DNA from: Gemmatimonadaceae bacterium
GTDB taxonomy: Bacteria; Gemmatimonadota; Gemmatimonadetes; Gemmatimonadales; Gemmatimonadaceae
Direction of reading: 5' to 3'
DNA length: 27,903 nucleotides
Assembly: GCA_040901985.1 (NCBI GenBank)
Contig: JBBDYC010000016.1
Location: forward strand, 33,112-61,014
Positions 8,107 to 17,000 of this stretch are shown here, one piece after another; within the stretch, counting starts at the first letter, position 1; every line of letters starts with the position of its first letter. Below the pieces are notes generated by a model that worked only from the letters and a program-made list of their open reading frames with translations, ran no database searches and was not told the origin of the DNA. A program made the translations under genes and the position numbers.

Positions 8107-9585
8107 CTAGTACCGGTAGTGGTCCGGCTTGTACGGCCCATCCACCGGCACCCCGATGTACGCCGCCTGCTTCTCGGTCAGCTTGGTCAACTTCACGCCC
8201 AGCTTGTCCAGGTGCAGCCGCGCCACCTTCTCGTCGAGCTTCTTCGGCAACACGTAGACCTTCTTCTGGTACTTGCTGCTGTTGGTGTGCAGCTCGATCT
8301 GCGCCATCACCTGGTTGGTGAACGACGCCGACATCACGAACGACGGATGCCCAGTCGCGCAGCCGAGGTTGAGCAGCCGCCCCTCGGCGAGGATCAGCAC
8401 CGAGTGGCCGTCGGGGAAGATCCACTCGTCGAACTGCGGCTTGATGTTGTTGCGCCTGATGCCCGGGTAGTTCTTCAGGCCGGCCATGTCTATCTCGTTG
8501 TCGAAGTGGCCGATGTTCCCTACGATCGCCTTGTCCTTCATCCTCGCCATATGGTCAACGGAGATGATGTTGGCGTTGCCGGTGGCGGTGATGAAGACGT
8601 CCGCCGTCGTGACGACGTCCTCGAGCGTCGTCACCTGATAACCCTCCATCGCCGCCTGCAGGGCGCAGATCGGGTCAATCTCGGTGATGACCACGCGCGC
8701 GCCCTGCGCGCGCAGCGACTGCGCCGATCCCTTGCCGACGTCGCCGTAGCCCATCACCACCGCGACCTTGCCGGCCAGCATCACGTCCGACGCGCGGAGG
8801 ATGCCGTCGGTGAGCGAGTGCCGGCAGCCGTAGAGGTTGTCGAACTTCGACTTGGTGACCGCGTCGTTGACGTTGATTGCCGGGAAGAGGAGCGTCCCCG
8901 CGGCCATCATCTCGTAGAGGCGGTGCACGCCGGTGGTGGTCTCCTCCGAGACGCCGCGGATTGCCTGCCCGACTTTCGTCCAGCGCGTCGGGTCCTCCTG
9001 GAGCGTCTGGCGGAGCAGCCCGAGGATCACGCCCCACTCCTCGGGGTCGTTCGTCGGGTCAAAGGCCGGGACCTTGCCGGCGGCCTCGTACTCGGTGCCC
9101 TTGTGGACGAGCATCGTCGCGTCGCCGCCGTCATCGAGGATGAGGGTCGGGCCGGCGCCGTCGGGCCACATCAGCGCCTGCTCGGTGCACCACCAGTATT
9201 CCTCGAGCGTCTCGCCCTTCCAGGCGAAGACCGGAATCCCGCGCGGCTGCTCGACCGAGCCGTCCTTCCCCACCGCGACTGCCGCCGCGGCGTGGTCCTG
9301 CGTGGAGAAGATGTTGCACGAGACCCACCGCACGTCGGCACCGAGCTCGGCGAGCGTCTCGATGAGGACGGCGGTCTGCACGGTCATATGGAGCGACCCC
9401 ATGATGCGCGCGCCCGCGAGGGGCTTCTTCTCCCGGTACTCGGCTCGGAGCGCCATCAGGCCAGGCATCTCGTACTCGGCGAGGCGGATCTCCTGGCGTC
9501 CCCAGTTGGCAAGGGAAAGGTCCTTCACCTTGAACGCGGGACGGGCGGAGGACTTTGGCTGGGGCTTGCTGATGGTCGCGGACAT
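8107..9585 (-). CDS. ahcY: Adenosylhomocysteinase (SAH hydrolase)
   Basis: [64 protein letters not shown] and C-terminal YKPDHYRY. Confidence 0.98.
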   Translation of the reverse strand: MSATISKPQPKSSARPAFKVKDLSLANWGRQEIRLAEYEMPGLMALRAEYREKKPLAGARIMGSLHMTVQTAVLIETLAELGADVRWVSCNIFSTQDHAAAAVAVGKDGSVEQPRGIPVFAWKGETLEEYWWCTEQALMWPDGAGPTLILDDGGDATMLVHKGTEYEAAGKVPAFDPTNDPEEWGVILGLLRQTLQEDPTRWTKVGQAIRGVSEETTTGVHRLYEMMAAGTLLFPAINVNDAVTKSKFDNLYGCRHSLTDGILRASDVMLAGKVAVVMGYGDVGKGSAQSLRAQGARVVITEIDPICALQAAMEGYQVTTLEDVVTTADVFITATGNANIISVDHMARMKDKAIVGNIGHFDNEIDMAGLKNYPGIRRNNIKPQFDEWIFPDGHSVLILAEGRLLNLGCATGHPSFVMSASFTNQVMAQIELHTNSSKYQKKVYVLPKKLDEKVARLHLDKLGVKLTKLTEKQAAYIGVPVDGPYKPDHYRY

Positions 9586-9596
9586 TGGATTCTTAC

Positions 9597-9631
9597 GTGA
9601 AAGGTGAAAGGTGAAAGGTGAGAGGTGAGAC
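9597..9631. repeat. Heptamer tandem repeat, 5 units (GTGAAAG x3, GTGAGAG, GTGAGAC), in the sahR-ahcY spacer
   Basis: Read directly: GTGAAAG GTGAAAG GTGAAAG GTGAGAG GTGAGAC, followed by a partly complementary CTTACCCCTCAC. Confidence 0.9.
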
Positions 9632-9639
9632 CTTACCCC

Positions 9640-10578
9640 TCACACCTGCAGTACGGCGGTAAACAGCGTCGGCCCCTTGGATGCCGGGGCGGCGGGGAGG
9701 GCGTGTTGGCGTACGGAACGAAATCCGGCAGCGGCGCCCCACTGGGCAACCTGTTCGGCGTCGAAGCCGAGCCAGACGTGACCCATCGTCTGTTTGAACT
9801 CGGCGTGGTCGTGGGGCAGCATGTCCACGAGCAACAGGCGGCCGCCGTCTGGGCGGAGTGTGCGACGGACCTCGGTCAGCACCGCCGCCGGATCCGCCAC
9901 GAAGTGCAGCACCAACGAGAGCACGGCGATGTCGAGCGTCGCGTCGTCAATTGGCAACGCCTCGACCGCGCCCTGGCGCAGCTCGACGTTGGGGAGCGCG
10001 CCAAACCGCGCGCGGGCAGCCTTGAGCATCGCCGCCGACTCGTCAATCGCGATCACGCGGCCGACGAAGGGCGCGACGGCCTCGGCCAACTGTCCGGTGC
10101 CGCACCCGAGGTCGCCCACGACGTGGGAGGCGTCAAGCAGGCCGAGGAGGGCGAAGAGCTCCGTGCGCGTGCCGAAGAGCTCGGCCCGGAGCCGATCCCA
10201 CTGCGCGGCGGACCCGGCGAAGAACGCCTGCGAGCGGGTGTGACGCTCGGCGAGGACGCCCTTCACGCGCAGGGTGTCACGGCGGGCCGCCGAATGCGCC
10301 TCGGCCTCCTCGCGCACCGCGGTCCACAGCCGGCGCGAGGCGACGTCGAGCCCGCGCGCCTCGAGCCGATATCGGTTGGAGGTACCGTCCTCGCGCGAGG
10401 TCAGCCAGCCGGCGTCGGTCAGGACCTTGAGGTGCCGGCTCACCGTGGACTGCGGGAGCTGCAGCACGGCCTTGAGCTCCGAGACCGTCAGCTCGTGGCG
10501 CTCGAGGACGAGCAGGAGCCGCGAGCGGATGGGGTCGGCAAGGGCCGAGAGGCGGTCGAAGAGGGCGGGTCGTTTCAT
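9640..10578 (-). CDS. sahR: ArsR-family HTH fused to a SAM-binding methyltransferase domain (SahR/SamR-type regulator)
   Basis: ALADPIRSRLL...LTVSEL...QSTVSRHLKVL (ArsR) followed by GDLGCGTG (class I methyltransferase motif I). Lies directly upstream of ahcY, the usual context of SahR. Confidence 0.85.
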   Translation of the reverse strand: MKRPALFDRLSALADPIRSRLLLVLERHELTVSELKAVLQLPQSTVSRHLKVLTDAGWLTSREDGTSNRYRLEARGLDVASRRLWTAVREEAEAHSAARRDTLRVKGVLAERHTRSQAFFAGSAAQWDRLRAELFGTRTELFALLGLLDASHVVGDLGCGTGQLAEAVAPFVGRVIAIDESAAMLKAARARFGALPNVELRQGAVEALPIDDATLDIAVLSLVLHFVADPAAVLTEVRRTLRPDGGRLLLVDMLPHDHAEFKQTMGHVWLGFDAEQVAQWGAAAGFRSVRQHALPAAPASKGPTLFTAVLQV

Positions 10579-10596
10579 CCGTTTATCCGGATGAAA
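10573..10596. promoter_or_regulatory. Palindromic operator TTTCATCCG-N6-CGGATGAAA, probable SahR autoregulatory site
   Basis: Perfect 9-bp inverted repeat (10573-10581 / 10588-10596) overlapping the sahR ATG. Its core is ATC-N10-GAT. Confidence 0.75.
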
Positions 10597-10623
10597 GGTT
10601 ACCTAGTGTGGCCGCCCCGTCAA
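10596..10623 (-). promoter_or_regulatory. Putative sigma70-type promoter of sahR-ahcY (TTGACG-N16-TAACCT)
   Basis: Minus-strand -35 TTGACG (10623-10618) and -10 TAACCT (10601-10596), adjacent to the palindrome. Confidence 0.55.
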
Positions 10624-11163
10624 GTCTCGGCTCCGCTCAGGCGCAGCCGCCTCGCGGTCCTCGCGCCACATCAGGATCGCGAGCAGCACCGCGCCGACCG
10701 TGACGCCCATATCGGCGATGTTGAAGGTCCAGAAGCGCCAACTGGCCGTGCCGACGTCAATGAAGTCCACGACGCCTTTGCCGTGGCGGAGGCGGTCAAT
10801 GAGGTTGCCGAGCGCGCCGGCCGCGATCAGCGCGAGGGCCGCCGGCGTGGCGCGCTCGTGCGGCGCCGACTGCCGGTAGAGATGGAAGAGGTAGCCCAGC
10901 ATCAGGATCGCGACGGCGCTGAACACGACCCGCGACGCGTCGCCGACGGAGAGATTCAGCGCCGCCCCGGTGTTGTAGGTCAAGGTCCAGCGGAGCCAGT
11001 GCCCGACGACCTCCTCCGGGAAGTGCAGCTCGAGCGCCCGCTCGGCCCACCGCTTGGTGACGATGTCGGCGAGGACGATGGTCAGGAGGACTGGCCAGAA
11101 GACGCGATGTCGCGCGCCAATCAAGGGCGCAGGCGGTGCGGGGCTCAGTTCGGTAGCGGTCAT
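10603..11163 (-). CDS. lspA: Lipoprotein signal peptidase II
   Basis: DIVTK, NTGAA, GALGNLIDR, GVVDFI, FNIAD motifs and four hydrophobic segments. Start placed at ATG 11163. Confidence 0.93.
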   Translation of the reverse strand: MTATELSPAPPAPLIGARHRVFWPVLLTIVLADIVTKRWAERALELHFPEEVVGHWLRWTLTYNTGAALNLSVGDASRVVFSAVAILMLGYLFHLYRQSAPHERATPAALALIAAGALGNLIDRLRHGKGVVDFIDVGTASWRFWTFNIADMGVTVGAVLLAILMWREDREAAAPERSRDLTGRPH

Positions 11164-11215
11164 CGGAGCGAGAAGGCGTGATGGTGGCGGGACTCCGGGA
11201 ATACCCCGGCGCACC

Positions 11216-11773
11216 CTAGCGGAGCCAGCTCGGCCGCGGGATCGTCACCCACCGCGCCTCGCCGTGCGAGTAGCCGAACCACGCGGTGTCGGCGCCGCCG
11301 CGCGGGAAGGCGCGCACGAGCTGGTCGGCGCCCCCGAACCCAAAGCGGTCGCGGCCGACGTAGCCGACCGACTGCGCCGAGTCGAGCGGCGCGAGCGTCA
11401 GTCGCCCGATCATGCCGCCGGTGTCGGTGTAGCCGAAGAGCGCGCCGGTGTGCGATGGGTCGATCGCCATCGTGGCGATGAAGAACTCGCCGCGGCCATC
11501 GCCGTTCACGTCGGAGGTCCCGAGAAACCCGACCGTCCCGTGGCGCGTCTCGGTGAGCGTGGCGAGGGTGTCGGCGCCGCGCGTGAAGACGACCTGGAAC
11601 GTGCCGTGGACGCACCCCTCGCCCGGCGGAATGACGACCTCGGCGACCAGGTCCTGGAAGGAGAGGACACGGCTGCCGAAGCAGGCCGGGTCGGCGGCGG
11701 CCGGACGACGCTCCTCCGCAGAACAGGCAGCGGTCAGGGCGAGTAGCGCGAGTGCGAGTGAACGGACGGACAT
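11216..11773 (-). CDS. Lipoprotein resembling the PliI family (i-type lysozyme inhibitor-like)
   Basis: Real gene is the 3' end of the 866-aa shadow ORF: ATG 11773 with a GGAGG SD and lipobox TAA-C. Motifs RHGTV...SDVNGDGRGEFFI and GYVGRDRF...LVRAFP resemble PliI-like proteins as I recall them (RDGTV, DLNGDG.PE, GYxGHDxF...LxRxFP). Confidence 0.6.
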   Translation of the reverse strand: MSVRSLALALLALTAACSAEERRPAAADPACFGSRVLSFQDLVAEVVIPPGEGCVHGTFQVVFTRGADTLATLTETRHGTVGFLGTSDVNGDGRGEFFIATMAIDPSHTGALFGYTDTGGMIGRLTLAPLDSAQSVGYVGRDRFGFGGADQLVRAFPRGGADTAWFGYSHGEARWVTIPRPSWLR

Positions 11774-11830
11774 CGGCAGCCTCCGCGGTGCGTAATGGCT
11801 CGGACGGTGTACACCAATATAGAATACGCC

Positions 11831-14032
11831 GTGCAACCTCGCGTCCTCCTCCTGCTGCTCGTGGGTGCCGCGTCCGTGGCAGCCGCGCAGGATCGCGGGT
11901 GTACCACCCGACGGCCGCGCGTCGAGGGGCTCGCGATCACCGGCAACCGGGCGATTGCCGATGCCGACCTCCGCGCGATGCTCTACACCGAGCGCGCCGG
12001 CAAGCTCCGCCGCTGGTTCGGCTGGAACGTCGGGCCGACCGCCTGCCTCGATTCGCTGGAAGTTGACCGCGACACCCGCCGCATCGCCGCGTGGTACGCG
12101 ATGCGCGGCTACCCCGGCACGACCTCGCGCGTGACGCTCGACCGGACGGGTGCGAGCACGGTCAAGGTCCACTTCCGCGTGACCGAGGCGCGGCCCGTGC
12201 GGATGGACACCGTGCAGCTCGCCGGACTCCCGCCCCGCGTCGTCAACCAGGGGGCGCTGATGGCCTCGCTGCGCGGCAAACCGATGGACGATTCGCTCCT
12301 CGTGGCGGTGATGGACTCGGTCCAGCAACTCCTCCGCGCCGCGGGGTACGCGCGCGCGCAGCCGCCGAGCCGCGAGGCGCGCGTGGACAGTGCGGCACGG
12401 CGCGCGCGCGTCACGCTCCACTTCGCGCCGGGCAACCTGATCCACGTCGGCGACATTGCCGTGGACCTGACCGCAAACGACCCCGCGCACCCGGCCCTCT
12501 CGACGGCCGACATCCGCACGCTGCTCAAGTTCGAGCCGGGCGACGTCTACCGCGCGAGCGACGTCGGGGCCAGCCAGCAACTGCTCTACTCCCACGACGT
12601 CTATCGCACGGTGGCGATTGACACCGTGCCCAGCGGCGCGCGCGGCGACACGATCCCGGTCCGCGTGCGGCTGGTCGAGGGCCGCCACAGCGCGCTGCGC
12701 GCCGGCGGCGGCTGGGGCACGATTGACTGCTTTCGCACGCAGGCGCGTTACACGCAGCAGAACTTCCTCGGGCGCGCACACCGGCTCCAGCTCGACGGCC
12801 GCCTGTCGAAGCTCGGGATCGGCGCGCCGTTCGACGGCTTCGAGAGCGCCTGCGCGGCGGGCGTGCGCGCCGACACCTTCAGCACGCGGCTCAACTACTA
12901 CGTCGGCGCGACGCTCCAGCTGCGCGGCGTGATCGGCGACGTCTGGCATCCCCAGTTCACGCTCTACAGCGAGCAGCGCACGGAATTCCAGACCTACGTG
13001 CGCGAGACCGCGATTGGTGGCCTGGCATCGGTGGAGCGCCCGCTGATCCCGCGCATCAACACGTCGTTCGCCTACCGGTTCGACGCCGGCCGCACGATCT
13101 CCGACCAGGCGGTGGCCTGCGCCGTCTTCGGCCTCTGCCGGTTCGACGACCGCCTCCTGCTCCAGTCGCCGAGCGTGACGCACGCCGCCGGCGTGACGCT
13201 CTCGCGCTCGGCGCCGGCGCTCGGCGTCTTCGCCGTGAACGACGAGCGCTGGGCGGTCGAGACGCGGCTGGGCACCGTGCGCGTCGGCGACCCGGGACAG
13301 CGGATTAATTTCAACCGCACCCAGCTCGAGTTCGCGCTCTACCGGCCGCTGACCCGCGGACTCATCGGCGCCGCGCGCGTCGCCGGCGGGATCATCGCGA
13401 CCAAGCAGGAACTCGCCGCGTTCGTCCCTCCGCAGGAGCGGTTCTACTCCGGCGGCCAGAACACCGTGCGCGGCTACGGCCAGGGCCAGCTCGGGCCGGC
13501 GGTCTACATCGTGCGCTCCATCTCCGACACCGTGATCGTGGGCGGTGAGGAGGTCGGCTTTGCCGACCCCGCGGACGGATTCGACCGGCTCTCGCCCGCC
13601 GGCGGGACCGCCAGTGCGCTGGTCAACCTCGAGCTGCGCACGCGCGGTGGCTGGCCGACCGACATCCTGCGGTGGGTGGTGTTCCTCGACGCCGGACGCG
13701 TCTGGAACGCCTCCGGCAACTACGCGGTCACCGGCCTCCGTGCAACGCCGGGCGTCGGCGTGCGGTTGGTGACGCCGATCGGGCCATTCCGGGTGGACGT
13801 CGGCTATAACCCACACGGCTGGGAGGCCGGGCCGGCCTTCTACGTGCAGCGGGCAACCAGTGGCGTGCCGGGGCGCGCAATCTGCGTCTCGCCGGGGTCA
13901 CGGGAACCCCTCGACGCCGCAGCGAGCGATGCGCTCGGGCCGGTGCCCTGCCCCACTTCGTTCCAACCGCCGCGCCGCAACGGCCTCCTGCCGCGGCTCC
14001 AGTTCCATTTCAGCATCGGCGAGGCGTTCTAG
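11831..14032 (+). CDS. tamA: Omp85 family (TamA/BamA-like) outer-membrane protein with POTRA domains
   Basis: Signal peptide from GTG 11831 (alternative ATG 11795). POTRA segments (ITGNRAIADADL, GYARA, FEPGDVY). Barrel motifs ERFYSGGQNTVRGY, FLDAGRVW, GVGVRLVTPIGPFRVDVG and terminal FSIGEAF. Adjacent to tamB. Confidence 0.88.
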   Translation: MQPRVLLLLLVGAASVAAAQDRGCTTRRPRVEGLAITGNRAIADADLRAMLYTERAGKLRRWFGWNVGPTACLDSLEVDRDTRRIAAWYAMRGYPGTTSRVTLDRTGASTVKVHFRVTEARPVRMDTVQLAGLPPRVVNQGALMASLRGKPMDDSLLVAVMDSVQQLLRAAGYARAQPPSREARVDSAARRARVTLHFAPGNLIHVGDIAVDLTANDPAHPALSTADIRTLLKFEPGDVYRASDVGASQQLLYSHDVYRTVAIDTVPSGARGDTIPVRVRLVEGRHSALRAGGGWGTIDCFRTQARYTQQNFLGRAHRLQLDGRLSKLGIGAPFDGFESACAAGVRADTFSTRLNYYVGATLQLRGVIGDVWHPQFTLYSEQRTEFQTYVRETAIGGLASVERPLIPRINTSFAYRFDAGRTISDQAVACAVFGLCRFDDRLLLQSPSVTHAAGVTLSRSAPALGVFAVNDERWAVETRLGTVRVGDPGQRINFNRTQLEFALYRPLTRGLIGAARVAGGIIATKQELAAFVPPQERFYSGGQNTVRGYGQGQLGPAVYIVRSISDTVIVGGEEVGFADPADGFDRLSPAGGTASALVNLELRTRGGWPTDILRWVVFLDAGRVWNASGNYAVTGLRATPGVGVRLVTPIGPFRVDVGYNPHGWEAGPAFYVQRATSGVPGRAICVSPGSREPLDAAASDALGPVPCPTSFQPPRRNGLLPRLQFHFSIGEAF

Positions 14033-17000
14033 ATGGTCCGTCGGCTGCGCATCGCGTTGTGGACTACGCTCGTGCTCGTCGGCGGCCTCGCCGTCGTCGT
14101 CATCGGTGGCGGCGCCTTCCTCTTGCGCAGCGACTGGGGCCAGCGCCTTGTGCAGACGCGCGTCGAGCGCGCAATCCAAAACGCCTTCAGCGGACGCGGC
14201 GACCTCGCCCTGCACGGACTCGTCCTCGCCCCGCTCGGGTCGGCGTCGCTCGACTCGCTCGTCCTCCGCGATGCAACCGGCGTGGCGATCCTCTCGACCG
14301 GGGCGGTGACGGTCGAGTACGCGCTGATGCCGCTGCTCGACCGGGTGCTGCGACTCCGTCTTCTTCGCATCGTGCAACCGCGCGTGGACCTCGTGAAGGA
14401 CGCCGAGGGCCGCTGGAACCTCGGCCGGGTAATCACCGACGGCACGGCCGCCGACACCGTCGGCCCACCCCGGGCCCGGCCCGATTGGCGGATCGTGCTC
14501 GATTCCCTCGCCGTCATTGGCGGCGACTTCTCCATCACACGGCCGGACCGTGAGCCGGGAGCGCCCCTCAAGCAGACGACGGTCCGTGGCGTGCAACTCG
14601 CCCTCGGACCATCCACCTACCGGACCCTCGACGGCACCGGCACACTTGCCCTCCGGCACGCGCGGGCGGACCTCAACGCGCCGCCGGTCCCGCTCCGCCA
14701 CGCCGAGGGGACAATCGCTCTCTGGCCTGACTCGGTGCAGGTGGACCTCACCCGATTCGCGCTCCCGCGCTCGCGCGCCTCGCTGCGCGGTGGAGTCGGC
14801 TGGGACGACAAGGCCGCGGGACCGCGGATCGCGCTGGTGATGCGCGCCGACACGGTGGACCTCTCCGAGATCACCTGGATCAGCACGTTCGTGCCGACGG
14901 AGGGCGCGGGACGCGCCACGGTCCGGATCGGCAATGGACCGACGCGCGGCGTGATGCGCTACGCGATTGCCGATCTCGATGTGCAGACGGACGACTCGCA
15001 CGTAAGCGGGCGGCTGGTCGCCGATGTCGGACCCGACATCGCCATCCGCGACCTCGACCTTGCGGCGGCACCGCTCGACCTCGCGTTGGTCCGCCAGTTC
15101 TTCGGCGACTCGGTCCCGCCGGCGCCGTGGGACGGCACGCTGCGCGGTCGGTTTCGCGCCACCGGGGGCACGCTCGACGCGTGGACAATCAACCCCTCGT
15201 CGCTCGAGTTCGAGGACCGCCGCGCGGGTGGCGCACGCTCCCGCGTCACCATCGCCGGGACGCTCGACCTGCTGGCCCCGACGGCGCTGTTGGCGCGCCT
15301 GGATGTGACCGTGGACTCGCTGGACGTCCGCACGCTTGGCGCGGTCGTCGCGGTCGCCGATTCGCTCGACGGGTATCTCACGGGCCGCGTGCAACTCACC
15401 GGCCCGGTGGACAACGTCCGGTTCGGTGACCTCGCCCTCGTCCATCACGATGGCCGACTCCCGCGGTCGGTCGTCCACGGCAGTGGGCGGGTCGCCACCG
15501 ATCGGCGGCGCACCTGGCTCGAGGCCACGCTCATCCTCGACACCGTGAGCGTCGCGGCAGTGGGCAAGGCATTCACCGCCGAGCCGCTCGACGGAGTCGT
15601 CCACGGCACGCTCGCCGTGTCGGCACGCGGCGACTCGATGGCGCTCGACCTCGCGCTGCGCGGCGAGGGCGCGACGATGCGCTTCGACGGTGCGACGTCG
15701 CTCGACTCCACCCGGCTGGTGCTGCAGGGCGCGGTCACCACCGAGGGACTCGACCTGCGCCGGTTCCTTCCCAAGCGCGCCCTCCCGTCCCATCAGGTCA
15801 CGGCGAGTGCCACGCTCGGCATTGACGGCCCCCGGACCGGGCCCTCGGGCCCGCTGACCATCATTCTCGACGCGGAGAGCGAGCTGGCCGGACTCACCTT
15901 CCACGATGGACGCGTGCTGCTCGAGCTCGAGCCGGGCGGAATCCGGGTGGACACCATCGCCGTGGAGGGGCCGGCCGGACGCATCAGCGCGCGCGGACGG
16001 CTGAGCCGCGATCCGGCGCTGCGTGACTCGTTGCGATTTGTGGTGACGGTGGACTCGATTGCGCTGCTGCAGGGATTCCTCCCCGACTCGCTCCGCGCGG
16101 CGTGGGCGGACTCACTCGGCGGCAGCGGCCGGCTTTCCGGTGTCGCGCTCGGCTCGCTCGATTCGCTCGACGTGCGCGCGGAGCTCACGGTGGACGACCT
16201 CCGGGCGGGCACGACCGCGGTCGGACATCTCCGGGCCGACCTGCTCCTCGACGGCGTGCCCAAGGCAACGCACGGCCTCGCGACCATTGACGCGACCGCG
16301 CTCGTCCTCGGCGGGGTCCCGATCGCGCGGCTCTCCGCCGAGGCCACGGTGCGCGATCCGGCCTGGGCCGACGTCTCGCTCCGCCTCGTGGCCGGCGACA
16401 CCCTGCGCGCGACCGCCCGCGCCGACGTGCACTATATGGGTGACAGCCTGCGCATCCAGCTCGACTCGCTTGACGCGACGACACCGGACGCGGCGTGGGC
16501 GCTCCACCGGCAAGCCGTCCTCTTCGTCGGGCCCGACCGCATCGCGCTCGACTCGCTCGACGTGCGCAGCACCGACGGCGGCCAGTTCCTCCTCGCGATG
16601 CGCCTGGCGAGCGCCGGCCCAATCACCCTCACCGCGCACGCCAGTCAGGTACCGCTCGCCCACGCCCGCTTCACCGGACGGCTGCCGGCCGGGATTGACG
16701 GGCGGGTCTCGATTGACGCCGACGTCACTGGGACGCGCGCGGCGCCGGTGATGATCGTCACCGCTGCCCTCGATTCGGCTCGGGTGGACGGCCACATCGC
16801 GCCCGCGCTGGCCTTCACCGGCGAGTACGCGGACCGCTCGGCCGAGGTCACGGTCCGCGGTCAGATGGCCGGCCGCGAGTCGTTCCTCGTGACCGGCGCA
16901 CTGCCGCTCGACCTGCGGCTCGAGAGCCTGCCGCTCCGTCAGCGTCTCGCCGACGGCTCGCTCTACGCCCGCCTTGTGGCCGACGGCTCGCCGCTCGCCG

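Noticed and set aside
9586..9639. SAH or SAM riboswitch upstream of ahcY; CRISPR-like array
   Set aside because: The spacer is only 54 nt and is filled by 7-bp tandem units with no unique spacers. No riboswitch consensus is visible, and a protein regulator with an operator explains control.
7276..10578. sahR-ahcY-xth as a dedicated DNA methylation/repair system tied to RTCGAY avoidance
   Set aside because: The methyltransferase domain is a small-molecule/SAM-sensing type fused to ArsR, with no DNA methyltransferase motifs (PC, DPPY/NPPY). xth appears to have its own promoter, so the adjacency is not evidence.
11774..13816. N-terminal ~680 aa of the 866-aa ORF 11216-13816
   Set aside because: It is antisense to tamA. 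The SD and lipoprotein signal mark the start at 11773.
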